56,370 nt of DNA from an uncultured Psychrobacter sp. Its GTDB lineage: Bacteria > Pseudomonadota > Gammaproteobacteria > Pseudomonadales > Moraxellaceae. Within the stretch, counting starts at the first letter, position 1. Each line of letters opens with the position of its first letter. Both the position numbers and the translations under genes were made by a program. The stretch lies in the NCBI GenBank assembly GCA_913061175.1, contig CAJXUF010000001.1, positions 1 to 56,370 on the forward strand, given 5' to 3'. Below are positions 9,955 to 18,358 of this stretch, piece after piece. Below the pieces are notes generated by a model that saw only the letters and a list, made by a program, of their open reading frames with translations, was not told the origin of the DNA and ran no database searches.

Positions 9955-10192
9955 CTTCATCTATTTCATGGTCAATCCATGCCGCTAATGATGCTAGTGG
10001 CACGTAGTAAGCAGGTTTACTCTCAGAGCCGTTGTTGACTACTGAGAATCCTAGTTGACCATGTTTGGCTTTGCGGTGTAACTCAGGCTTTGACAATGGT
10101 GGCAGGTAGTCGCTTGCCACCTTATCAAGCGGTATAAGTGGTGTAAATCCGTACCGCATGATGAGCATTTGCTCTGTGTTGAATTTAGTCAC
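9923..10192 (-). CDS. PrtN (pyocin activator)-family DNA-binding protein, probable excisionase/RDF
   Basis: LIMRYG..LIPLDKV..DY, V.L..LAAWID pattern; convergent with and overlapping int. Confidence 0.7.
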   Translation of the reverse strand: MTKFNTEQMLIMRYGFTPLIPLDKVASDYLPPLSKPELHRKAKHGQLGFSVVNNGSESKPAYYVPLASLAAWIDHEIDEANSDHLAMQA

Positions 10193-10193
10193 A

Positions 10194-10889
10194 TCACTCT
10201 CCTTGTTTTACAAACGTTGTCAAATCAGGCTTGCTGTAACTCTCAGGTTTGGCAATCTTACCGTTAGCATCAAACTCAAACTTACCCTTTACCATCTTGC
10301 TATTGTTTGAGCGTATGACCTCACGTTGAGCGCCTAGCACATCGACACCGCCTAATAACTGCATGACACCCACAGAAGTAACATTGATGTCACAGCAAGC
10401 GTCTACGATAGCTATGCGTTGCTGATAAGTTAGCTTAGTTAGCTTCGTTAAAACCCACTTGCTTTTATTTTTGAAATGATCTGCATCAATGGTTAGTTGT
10501 TCATGTGCGTCATAATCTTTAAGACCTAACGCTTCTAATAGCTCGCAAACTTCTTCTAAGTGGCAACCGATCTGAACACATAAATCATCAATGGTCGGCT
10601 CAGGCTTTGCAGCTTTAAACCAGTTTGCAATATCGGTGATAGAGTCAGGCTTGATATACGGCTGCATCTTCTCGTTGTAGTGATTCCAGCACCATGTTTT
10701 AGCATCTTCGATTGTTGCAAAGCCAGTTGCATACTTAGCAGCGCCATCGTTCGGTGTATATCTAACAGTGAAACAATCAAGTGTATCTTTTTCTACCACA
10801 TAGTAATGGAGTGGGCTGTCAGCGTGTAAGTCATCGCCGCCATAAGTATCGCCACCATCAAACCAAGCCAACGGCTGTAAATTATTCAT
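10194..10889 (-). CDS. MazG-like nucleotide pyrophosphohydrolase with extra N-terminal domain
   Basis: EEVCE, D.CCD, EVIRSNNSK, GKIAKPESYSKPDL motifs. Confidence 0.8.
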   Translation of the reverse strand: MNNLQPLAWFDGGDTYGGDDLHADSPLHYYVVEKDTLDCFTVRYTPNDGAAKYATGFATIEDAKTWCWNHYNEKMQPYIKPDSITDIANWFKAAKPEPTIDDLCVQIGCHLEEVCELLEALGLKDYDAHEQLTIDADHFKNKSKWVLTKLTKLTYQQRIAIVDACCDINVTSVGVMQLLGGVDVLGAQREVIRSNNSKMVKGKFEFDANGKIAKPESYSKPDLTTFVKQGE

Positions 10890-11080
10890 AAATCACCTCT
10901 TTTCTCGTTTACTGCTTGTATCAATTCAGACCAACACGCATTGGTCATTATTATTGAATCCCCACTATAGCTGTCAGTCAGCTCAATCGCTTCATTAGTG
11001 ATTTTTAGCTCTATAACCGAGTAATTATCTTCTTTTTCATCGGTGGGTTTTTCTTTATCTTCAATCTTCAAATTACTCAT
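10886..11080 (-). CDS. hypothetical phage protein (ATG 11080 preferred)
   Basis: AGAAGGA upstream of ATG; overlaps start of next gene. Confidence 0.55.
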   Translation of the reverse strand: MSNLKIEDKEKPTDEKEDNYSVIELKITNEAIELTDSYSGDSIIMTNACWSELIQAVNEKRGDL

Positions 11081-11258
11081 TCTTATCATCCTTCTAATTA
11101 AAATAGGGTGGCTCTTATCGTGAACCAATCGGCTTTGCCTCGACTGCTTTTTCAAAGCTCATGCTATGCACGTAAGGATTGTCAATCGCGGCTGCCAGCG
11201 TTCTGTCGTCACTACTGGCGGTAACGGCTCTATTAGCCCTGAGCAAGGTAATTAGTTG

Positions 11259-11684
11259 TTAAAAAGGTATATTTTGATCTACTACAGCATTAGCCATTGT
11301 TTGAGGTGTTTGGCTCATTTGATTATTGAATTGTTGCGGTGCTTGGCGCTGCTGTGGGTTGCCTTGCTGCTGATTGTTCTGTTGACCTTGTGACTGACTG
11401 CCGCCCATTAATTTAACGTCTAGCACATTCAGTTCTTTATACTGCTTGCCGTTATACTCACGCTCTGAATATTCACCAATCACAACCACTTCCTGTCCTT
11501 TGTTTAAATACTGCTGCATAGCTTCACCACGCTTACCCCATAGCGAGCAATTAAACCAATGACTTTGTTTTCTATCACCAAAACCTGTATCACCTGCCAC
11601 ACTAAAACCTGTCACGCTTGAGTTGCCAGCTTGACGAGTTTCTGCATCTTTACCTAAACGACCTGCTACTGTTACGTTAATCAT
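11259..11684 (-). CDS. ssb: single-stranded DNA-binding protein
   Basis: GRLGKDAE OB-fold start, YLNKGQEV, Q-rich linker, C-terminal IPF. Confidence 0.93.
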   Translation of the reverse strand: MINVTVAGRLGKDAETRQAGNSSVTGFSVAGDTGFGDRKQSHWFNCSLWGKRGEAMQQYLNKGQEVVVIGEYSEREYNGKQYKELNVLDVKLMGGSQSQGQQNNQQQGNPQQRQAPQQFNNQMSQTPQTMANAVVDQNIPF

Positions 11685-11702
11685 GTTATTTCTCTCTTTA
11701 AG

Positions 11703-12326
11703 TTATGGTAGTTTTCTACCGTTTTTTTTAAATTGCTCTATCAATTCGTTTCGATAAGTTAAGCAAAGCTCATACTTATCAATAATTTGCTGCTCAAGTG
11801 CTTGGTCACGTTCAATCACATTGCCAATAATCACTCTGTCAGGCTGTGCTATATGGCTAAACTCATGCACGTCATTCTCATACTTGCAAAGGTCTTTAGG
11901 TGTATCAACCAAACAATGCGCTGTGCAAGCCTTATCCTTGTCATACAGCCACATATAACCTCTTAGCTGCCATTCATAGCACGTTGATTTTCTACGCTGT
12001 TCAGCAAACGTTTTGAGATTCCAACTGGTCTTAATGTCAATAACCGTGTCACCATCAAGCAAGTCACACTCACCAGTGATATAGTCGTTCGTTAGTCGTT
12101 TATCATTCTTGACAAGCGACTTGAAAAACACATTATTAAACAGCTCAATGCTGTCATCTTCGCACTCAATACCTTTTGATAAGTATTTGTTACTAATGAA
12201 TAAGCGCGTGTTGTATAGCTCGCTATCGACCATATCTTTGATGACCGCTTGAGCAGTAGCAGACAATCCAGTCTTGCTACGCCCATTGGTCATAATGCTG
12301 TCAAGACTTGAGCATCTAAGCCGCAT
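11703..12326 (-). CDS. YqaJ/lambda-exonuclease family nuclease
   Basis: RCSSL, G.ECE, TGECD..DIKTSW, YEWQLRGYMWL (PD-(D/E)xK). Confidence 0.8.
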   Translation of the reverse strand: MRLRCSSLDSIMTNGRSKTGLSATAQAVIKDMVDSELYNTRLFISNKYLSKGIECEDDSIELFNNVFFKSLVKNDKRLTNDYITGECDLLDGDTVIDIKTSWNLKTFAEQRRKSTCYEWQLRGYMWLYDKDKACTAHCLVDTPKDLCKYENDVHEFSHIAQPDRVIIGNVIERDQALEQQIIDKYELCLTYRNELIEQFKKNGRKLP

Positions 12327-12870
12327 TGGTGAACTCGCTTAGAGCTGCCTTTTGCTCGCTTGTCAGTGCAAACTTGCTTTCATCTAACAGTAAATTCACA
12401 TCGTAGCTACCTGCCTCAACTGCGCCTAATGCTGCCTTAAATCGGTCATTGGTTAATGATTGCGGCGGCGGTGGGTTCTGAATATTGTTAGCATTAACGT
12501 CTTTAGCGTCAGGCAAGTCCTCACCTGCGTAAATATAAAGCCCTAGACCATGAGCGGCGATTGCCTTTACCAAACATCGCATCATTGCTTTGTTAACAGC
12601 CATTGCGTCAGGGTTCTTGATTGCTCTGTTTGAGTGGTCAATAACTGGCAACCACATATAAACAGGTTTTTCAAACGCTGTGAGCGTACAGCTAACCATT
12701 AACGTGTCACCAAAATGCTGCGGCTCATGAAAAACCCAACTTGCTGCTGGATCAAGTCGCATAAGCTCAGCGAGTGCAAAAGACCATGACAGATAGTTGA
12801 AATTGCCTTTTTTTTCTATACTGCCACTCACATTCACAGCAGCTAATTCAATAAATTTATTAGTGCTCAT
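12316..12870 (-). CDS. DUF1071/Sak3-like single-strand annealing protein
   Basis: YLSWS.A, MWLPVID..N, VNKAMMRCLVKAIA.HGLGLYIYAGEDLP. Confidence 0.85.
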   Translation of the reverse strand: MSTNKFIELAAVNVSGSIEKKGNFNYLSWSFALAELMRLDPAASWVFHEPQHFGDTLMVSCTLTAFEKPVYMWLPVIDHSNRAIKNPDAMAVNKAMMRCLVKAIAAHGLGLYIYAGEDLPDAKDVNANNIQNPPPPQSLTNDRFKAALGAVEAGSYDVNLLLDESKFALTSEQKAALSEFTNAA

Positions 12871-13022
12871 TGTGCTACTCCTTGTGTTTGTTGAGCTTCG
12901 ATAATCACATCATCAAAGCTACCTGATTGCTGCCACGCGCTTATTAGCTCGCGTTCCTCGTCATCGGTCAGCTTCCACGCTAACGTGTCGTGGTGGCTAA
13001 ACTGTTGCCATTGGTGGTTCAT
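12867..13022 (-). CDS. 51-aa hypothetical protein (not in ORF track)
   Basis: MNHQWQQF...QGVAQ; ATGA overlaps with both neighbours. Confidence 0.6.
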   Translation of the reverse strand: MNHQWQQFSHHDTLAWKLTDDEERELISAWQQSGSFDDVIIEAQQTQGVAQ

Positions 13023-13597
13023 AGTCCGACCTCCGAAGCGGTTAGGGGTTCGTTTGTGGCGGGGTTTGCTGGTACTGCATAAACCCAGTCATTGGAACGC
13101 TCTGTATAAAAACCACTACGGATCGAGAAACCTTCGATTAGTGATGTTATTTCTCTTTTGTCTCTGGCTTCATCGTCACTGACATCGCTCACCAAGCACA
13201 CCACGCGACTATCCCCACGCTCAAGCATAGCCCTACACAAATCACTACCTGTCAGCTCTACCTTGTCGCGCTCGATTAGCGAGTTTTGCCAGTCGGTTGT
13301 GTCGTAGCCCTTCATGCTATCCAAGTCCTTAAACAACCCATCTCTATTAGTGTAGTAGCGTTCCGACTCCAAAATATACGGCTCATACTCATAAACAACT
13401 GGAAATCCTTTACTGCCGTCAACCGCTGCCCACTGCCATTTCTCATCCAAACCATCAAACACCGACTGATCGAGCTGCTTGAGTTTTGGTTCTTGCTTAC
13501 GAGTAATGCCATGCTCTTTTAGTAACGCCTCTAGCGTAGCAATAGCCGTTTCATTATCGATGCAACGCTGTTTCAACTCACTCTTAGTAATTTTCAT
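13019..13597 (-). CDS. hypothetical phage protein containing a domain shared with 13833-14090
   Basis: KQL.Q.VFD...AAV...DWQNS.I.R motif; coupled ORFs. Confidence 0.7.
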   Translation of the reverse strand: MKITKSELKQRCIDNETAIATLEALLKEHGITRKQEPKLKQLDQSVFDGLDEKWQWAAVDGSKGFPVVYEYEPYILESERYYTNRDGLFKDLDSMKGYDTTDWQNSLIERDKVELTGSDLCRAMLERGDSRVVCLVSDVSDDEARDKREITSLIEGFSIRSGFYTERSNDWVYAVPANPATNEPLTASEVGL

Positions 13598-13836
13598 AAC
13601 TCACCACCCTTAATTCTTCTCAATGTCTCATTCGCAGCCTTAACCGTTTGATACTGCTCAGACTGCAAATACTCGTCCGTATAGCCTTCGCTTGTCGTCG
13701 GCTGCCATTCATTGCTAACCAATCCATCGACCACTTGGAACTCTTTGTCGTCGATGATAACCGTGTCAGCCAATGCCTGATGCGTGACGAACGCACCAAA
13801 CATTGCCCAAAGTGATATGAAGATGATTTGCTTCAT
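13594..13836 (-). CDS. small exported/membrane phage protein
   Basis: signal-peptide-like N-terminus ending ALA-D. Confidence 0.6.
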   Translation of the reverse strand: MKQIIFISLWAMFGAFVTHQALADTVIIDDKEFQVVDGLVSNEWQPTTSEGYTDEYLQSEQYQTVKAANETLRRIKGGEL

Positions 13837-14090
13837 TTAACCACCTCTCTATCTATTGCGCTGTTTTGCCAGTCTGTAGAATCAAAGCTATTGCCGATGT
13901 CTTGAACATCAAACCTTTTGTTGCCGCCCTCTTTGTAAATCCAAATACCTGTATCACCCACCTCAACAGCCTCTAGGTAGTTGGCTGTGTCTGCAAAATA
14001 AGTGCCGTCACCGTCAGCATTAACCGCTGCACTTAAAGCCCATTCTGGACATTCAGGTAGATCAAACACCGCTTGCGTTAGCTGTTTCAT
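13833..14090 (-). CDS. hypothetical phage protein, paralogous domain to 13019-13597
   Basis: KQLTQAVFD...FDSTDWQNSAIDRE. Confidence 0.7.
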   Translation of the reverse strand: MKQLTQAVFDLPECPEWALSAAVNADGDGTYFADTANYLEAVEVGDTGIWIYKEGGNKRFDVQDIGNSFDSTDWQNSAIDREVVK

Positions 14091-14269
14091 GCTTTCACCT
14101 CGCTCAAATCGCTACCGTAGAGTTTCGCCTCGCATTTCTCGCACAGCGGCGGCTCTATAGCCAGTCCTTTGCACCCGCAATCTGATCCCGAGCAGCATAA
14201 ATCAGGCTCATGTCCTAAAAATTCCGCATCGCAACTCATGCACGCTTGCTTTGTTAGTTTTTTCATCAC
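14087..14269 (-). CDS. small Cys-rich (zinc-binding) phage protein
   Basis: CxxC...CCxGxxCGC...CxxC. Confidence 0.65.
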   Translation of the reverse strand: MMKKLTKQACMSCDAEFLGHEPDLCCSGSDCGCKGLAIEPPLCEKCEAKLYGSDLSEVKA

Positions 14270-14457
14270 GCCACCTCGCTCACTTTGGTTAATAGCGACT
14301 CGTTGCCGTCTGCATAAGCTAGGGCGCTTTCCTTGTCCTTAAACACTGGTATAGCGCCAACCATTCCATCAGCCCAATTGAGGTCTAGCGGTAGCGTTAG
14401 CCCCATGACCTCGACATTCATATTGTCTTTTAGGGTATTCACTGCGTACATACTCAT
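14266..14457 (-). CDS. hypothetical phage protein
   Basis: coupled ORF in leftward early operon. Confidence 0.6.
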   Translation of the reverse strand: MSMYAVNTLKDNMNVEVMGLTLPLDLNWADGMVGAIPVFKDKESALAYADGNESLLTKVSEVA

Positions 14458-14729
14458 GCTGTCACCGCTGTATGTACGTCGTAACCGTGGCAGTGAACGC
14501 TTAATAAGCTCTCAAAGTGCTCTCTAGCGTCGCTATCATCAAGCGGCACATCAATTAGTAACGTGCTGTAAGTTGTCGGCTCTAGCTGCACTCTATGAAG
14601 CACAGCGTAGGCATTGCAGTATTCAACTTGGTCGTTGTAGTCAGGCTCAACACACTCAAACGTAAGGATTACATTGCATGTGTTGTGCGACTTTTCGTCT
14701 TTGCTGTAAATTCTGATTGTCTCTAACAT
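14454..14729 (-). CDS. hypothetical phage protein
   Basis: GGGGAG RBS; coupled ORF. Confidence 0.6.
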   Translation of the reverse strand: MLETIRIYSKDEKSHNTCNVILTFECVEPDYNDQVEYCNAYAVLHRVQLEPTTYSTLLIDVPLDDSDAREHFESLLSVHCHGYDVHTAVTA

Positions 14730-14740
14730 TGCCGCTCCCC

Positions 14741-15142
14741 TTATGCGTAAACTTCGTGGTAAAAATCGGTATCAATCGCGCTATCTTCATCGAGCAGCTT
14801 GTAATGCACTGCGTCATGGATAATGCGCTTGCCTTCTAGCACCATTGCGCTGTGGTCGCCTTCGTCTATCTCGTAAACACCTTCGTCACTGTCAACCTCT
14901 ACGTGGCGTACGCTTAGGTCTGTCAGCGTGTGGCGGTCATACTCAGTGTTGAATACCACGGTTAAATCGGTATCGCGGTCTAGCTCGAAGAAGATCGTAA
15001 TGTCACCGTCGTTTACTTCCATGTCTAGCAGTGGCTTGGCTCGTAGATGCTCAAGCAATCCGCCTTTGTTAAATTCGCTTTGAAGTAGTTGCAAATGCTC
15101 TGCTACTTCTTGGATATTGATTTGCTCTATAATTGCTGTCAT
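14741..15142 (-). CDS. acidic hypothetical phage protein
   Basis: GAGGT RBS; 133 aa. Confidence 0.65.
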   Translation of the reverse strand: MTAIIEQINIQEVAEHLQLLQSEFNKGGLLEHLRAKPLLDMEVNDGDITIFFELDRDTDLTVVFNTEYDRHTLTDLSVRHVEVDSDEGVYEIDEGDHSAMVLEGKRIIHDAVHYKLLDEDSAIDTDFYHEVYA

Positions 15143-15151
15143 AATTACCTC

Positions 15152-15204
15152 GCTTATTAGTAAGTAAAGCCCTGTCTGGTGTCCGCCAATTGCAGGGCTT
15201 TTTT
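15152..15204 (+). ncRNA. candidate antisense sRNA against the leftward early transcript
   Basis: TTGATT-17-CATAAT (15117-15145), then AAAGCCCTG...CAGGGCTTTTTT terminator on the strand opposite the operon. Confidence 0.45.
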
Positions 15205-15211
15205 GTGCCTG

Positions 15212-15376
15212 TTATTCGTCAATCACTTCCGATGTTTCATAGCATTTTTCACAATGCAGGAAGTCACCACTCACCGGCTCATCTTCGTAAAGATCGTTGC
15301 TGTGTTCGCAATCTGGACAAACCCAGTCGTAAACCATCGTTTCGCCAATATCGCTTTTATTGATCGTATTGCTCAT
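15212..15376 (-). CDS. 54-aa acidic zinc-ribbon protein, first gene of the PL operon (not in ORF track)
   Basis: MSNTINKSDIGETMVYDWVCPDCEHSND...HCEKCYETSEVIDE; AAGAGGA/AAGG upstream. Confidence 0.7.
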   Translation of the reverse strand: MSNTINKSDIGETMVYDWVCPDCEHSNDLYEDEPVSGDFLHCEKCYETSEVIDE

Positions 15377-15505
15377 ACCTTTATCCTCTTAGTTAGTACG
15401 CAATAGCCGTCGATTAAAACGGCTATGACTTAATAACTTCTTGTTGTCTCAGTCTGTTAAATAGTTAATCGCTGCATCGTCTGCGTTGTTCGTTGCGATG
15501 TAGTT

Positions 15506-15599
15506 ATAATATCGTGATTACGATATGATGTAAACCCCTATGACGATATTTTTAACGTATTTACGATATTATTATGTAAATGTATCCCTATTACGATAT
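15506..15599 (-). promoter_or_regulatory. PL promoter and four OL operators
   Basis: TTTACA-17-TATTAT on minus strand (15534-15506); 18-bp sites at 15509, 15532, 15552, 15582 resembling ATATCGTAATTACGATAT. Confidence 0.8.
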
Positions 15600-15610
15600 C
15601 TACAGGCAAT

Positions 15611-15637
15611 AAAAAACCGCCCATTAAGGACGGCTTT
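15611..15637 (-). terminator. cI terminator
   Basis: AAGCCGTCC-TTAAT-GGGCGGTTTTTT on minus strand. Confidence 0.8.
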
Positions 15638-15760
15638 GCAGATCATTTAATATATTAGTCTAAATCTACAGCCTCGCTATAGACGCACCAACCAAAAGGA
15701 CGTTTCTCAATTAGGTGTGAGTGCTTGATTAGATGACACACCCATATGTAAGCCCAATCA

Positions 15761-16501
15761 TTAGTATTCGACATATTTGCCCACCACTTTGCCGACTAGG
15801 TTGCATTCGCCCATAGGCACCATCTTTTGTTCATGCCAGTTTGGGTTAAGAGGGCGCAAGTACATATCTGCTGATGTTTCGCCTAAAACCAACTGTTTAA
15901 AAGTCGCTTCTGTATCATCGTTGCACTGGACTATTACAAGATCATTATTCTTTAGTGCGAAAAGTCCAGTCTGAGGCTCAACATAAATAATGTCGTCTGG
16001 CTCAAACTTAGGCAGCATACTTTCACCACGAACCCTTAAAGCAAATCCTAGTTTGGATAGGTTAGGCGGCCTAGGGGCTTTGCCTTTAATGTCTAACATC
16101 GTGACTGGCTCAACGTTCGACCAACTGCCAGCCGCTACCCAACTAAGTATTGGCACCATATCAGAAATATCAGACATAGACGCATGTTGAGTGTCTATAG
16201 GTGCATCAAGCAAGTCGCCACTGCTTTGACCTTGCATAGCTTTTATCTGTGCTCTCAGGTCGTCAACGGACGGCTTCTTATCTACGTCTAACATTTCACC
16301 TTGGTTTTTGATTAACCAGTCGGCACTTACGCCAGTGACTTTGGCAATATCGTACAAACTAGACGATTCTTTATTTCTGCCATTCTCAATATCAGATATA
16401 GCGCCTTGTGATGTCTCGACTTTTTTAGCGAGTTGATTTTGGGTGAACCCTGCGTATTTACGGGCTTTTCTAACCCTATCTCCTAACTTTTCATTGTTCA
16501 T
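15761..16501 (-). CDS. cI: CI-like repressor (HTH + S24 autopeptidase)
   Basis: TQNQLAKKV..SQGAISDIENG HTH; VAAG cleavage site; GESMLP Ser and TFKQL Lys. Confidence 0.93.
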   Translation of the reverse strand: MNNEKLGDRVRKARKYAGFTQNQLAKKVETSQGAISDIENGRNKESSSLYDIAKVTGVSADWLIKNQGEMLDVDKKPSVDDLRAQIKAMQGQSSGDLLDAPIDTQHASMSDISDMVPILSWVAAGSWSNVEPVTMLDIKGKAPRPPNLSKLGFALRVRGESMLPKFEPDDIIYVEPQTGLFALKNNDLVIVQCNDDTEATFKQLVLGETSADMYLRPLNPNWHEQKMVPMGECNLVGKVVGKYVEY

Positions 16502-16519
16502 TTTATTGCCCCTTACTAA

Positions 16520-16587
16520 TTATCGTAATTATGATACAAATAAATATCGTTTTGACGTTTGATTAAATAACGTAATTACGATATTAT
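16520..16587 (+). promoter_or_regulatory. three OR operators and PR promoter
   Basis: 18-bp sites at 16520, 16544, 16567 with the OL consensus; TTGATT-17-TATTAT (16559-16587). Confidence 0.8.
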
Positions 16588-16616
16588 GATACTCACTAGC
16601 TAACGGAGCACTAATT

Positions 16617-16823
16617 ATGAGCACTAATATTGACTGGACGGCAATCGTTCAAGACCTTTTAAGGGACAGAACGCAAGTCGAGTTACAAGAGATCACTGGC
16701 GTACACCAAGGTGTAATTAGTGATCTAAAACGCGGACTTCCTAAGCCACACCTTACTTATGTTAATGGCGCTGCGCTTATCAAGGCTCACCAAGAGCTTT
16801 GCCAAGAAGAAGAACCAGCCTAA
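16617..16823 (+). CDS. cro: Cro-like repressor
   Basis: TQVELQEITGVHQGVISDL HTH; divergent from cI. Confidence 0.8.
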   Translation: MSTNIDWTAIVQDLLRDRTQVELQEITGVHQGVISDLKRGLPKPHLTYVNGAALIKAHQELCQEEEPA

Positions 16824-16893
16824 CACCTTGTAATTAACTTTACAGAAAGAAAGGCTTACACAAAACGTTTTTACAGATAGATAGGACACGCAA

Positions 16894-17364
16894 ATGCAAA
16901 TAGAAGACGCAGCACACAAGACGGTTCACAACCCTAAGCATGGCGGTTCAGTTGCTATTGCTGCACGCATGGGTATGTCTAACAACGTGCTAAACAGCAA
17001 GGTCAATCCTAACTGTGACACTCACCATCTGCGTTTAGATGAAGCGGTCACGATCATGGAATTTACCAACGACCATTCGATGATGCACGCAATGGCTCAG
17101 CGTCTTGGTGGCATCTACTGCAAACAATCTGATGAAGCGGTGACACAAGAAAGTTTACTGATGACAGCAGTGTCAACGTCAGCTTGCCAAGGCGATGTGA
17201 TGAATGAGATGCAAGCAGCGTTGGAAGATGGTCGCATTGATACGCATGAGCTTGTGAGCCTTGAGGACAAGATTCAAGCAGCCATGAGCCGATTACAAGC
17301 ATTGAGTAACGCAGTGAAAAAGCAGCACACCAAGGATAACCCACACTTACAAGGAATGAAGTGA
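16894..17364 (+). CDS. phage regulatory CII-family protein
   Basis: IAARMGM...L.SKVNPN..THHLRLDEA; ALEDGRID..E; position after cro. Confidence 0.8.
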   Translation: MQIEDAAHKTVHNPKHGGSVAIAARMGMSNNVLNSKVNPNCDTHHLRLDEAVTIMEFTNDHSMMHAMAQRLGGIYCKQSDEAVTQESLLMTAVSTSACQGDVMNEMQAALEDGRIDTHELVSLEDKIQAAMSRLQALSNAVKKQHTKDNPHLQGMK

Positions 17365-17428
17365 TGTTTGAAACAGTAACTTTCGCAGACGGTAGCAGCT
17401 ACCAAGTGCCAGTGAAGGAGATTAAGCG

Positions 17429-17770
17429 ATGACTGACGAATACACCTTGAAAGCTGATGATGAGGAATTTGAACACGCTATCAGTCATGCACAAATGATG
17501 TGGCGATTATCTTACAAACACGAAGTAGAACGGAGACACGCAAAGATGAGATTTAACGAAGCAGCAGCCAACGAAGCACTAGAAGCGCAAGCAGAGCAAG
17601 ACCGCTTAGATGCTAGGCAGTTAGCAGCTAAAGAAGCCAACGAAGCAGCACGACAGCGCAAACGCGACATCAACGCTCAATTTTGGCACAGCATCAAGAG
17701 CGTCGTCTTTGTTATCTCATGTGCAGCAATCGCGGTTTATACATTAATCCATTTTGCGGGGCAGGTATGA
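17429..17770 (+). CDS. hypothetical protein, coiled coil plus C-terminal TM
   Basis: AAGGAG RBS; hydrophobic C-terminus. Confidence 0.6.
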   Translation: MTDEYTLKADDEEFEHAISHAQMMWRLSYKHEVERRHAKMRFNEAAANEALEAQAEQDRLDARQLAAKEANEAARQRKRDINAQFWHSIKSVVFVISCAAIAVYTLIHFAGQV

Positions 17771-17964
17771 AAAAAGAGAGAAACGCACATAGGCGCTCAA
17801 CATACCCAAGGGTAAGCCCAGACCAAGCCGCTATTGATGAGTTTTACAAACAGCATGGTGCAAGGCAAGCAGTAAACACAGGCAAGGTTTTTAGTTTCAA
17901 CGGTAGAGGGAATAGGAGCGTAGGTAATGGCAAAGCAAACAATAGAAATCACAAGGTTAGATGA
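17767..17964 (+). CDS. basic hypothetical protein (ATG 17767)
   Basis: ATGA coupling with previous gene. Confidence 0.5.
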   Translation: MKKERNAHRRSTYPRVSPDQAAIDEFYKQHGARQAVNTGKVFSFNGRGNRSVGNGKANNRNHKVR

Positions 17965-18280
17965 TTTTAGCGAAGGTTTTAGAGTTGCACCGCGCAGGCC
18001 ACACAAGGGAGCACTTACTCGCGCAAGAAGCAAGGTAGAACCCAAAAGGCAAAGTAGGGGCGCAGGTCGAACAAAGGTCACAAGCGATATGCCAACCGAG
18101 AAAGGTCAGCGGATTTTCGAGCAGATGAGAAGGGATGGTTTTTACGATGTGGCTAACTTTGATATGTCGCTGTCTTATCTGAGCAACATCATGTCAAACA
18201 TTCGTGAGCTGGGTTATGAGCTACACAGCATAAGAGACAAGAATCAGCGAGTGATTAGGTATGAGTTGGACACGCAATAA
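17927..18280 (+). CDS. hypothetical protein with possible C-terminal winged HTH
   Basis: AGGAG RBS; LSNIMSNIRELGYEL pattern. Confidence 0.55.
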   Translation: MAKQTIEITRLDDFSEGFRVAPRRPHKGALTRARSKVEPKRQSRGAGRTKVTSDMPTEKGQRIFEQMRRDGFYDVANFDMSLSYLSNIMSNIRELGYELHSIRDKNQRVIRYELDTQ

Positions 18281-18343
18281 AAAACGCTCATCAGCGCGAA
18301 CTGAGAGCGTCTTACCAAAAAACAAACATATATGAAGATATGC
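18279..18343 (-). ncRNA. candidate OOP-like antisense sRNA
   Basis: TTGACT-18-TATAAT on minus strand (18379-18350); ACGCTC-TCAG-TTCGCG-CTGA-T-GAGCGT-TTTTT terminator on minus strand. Confidence 0.55.
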
Positions 18344-18358
18344 AAGGGGATTATAACC

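Noticed and set aside
15183-15189. TTGGCGG on the minus strand as a P1 C4-type antisense target
   Set aside because: I could not find a matching C4-like RNA in the window
15179-15406. Plus-strand 75-aa ORF
   Set aside because: Shadow of the minus-strand zinc-ribbon gene; crosses a terminator
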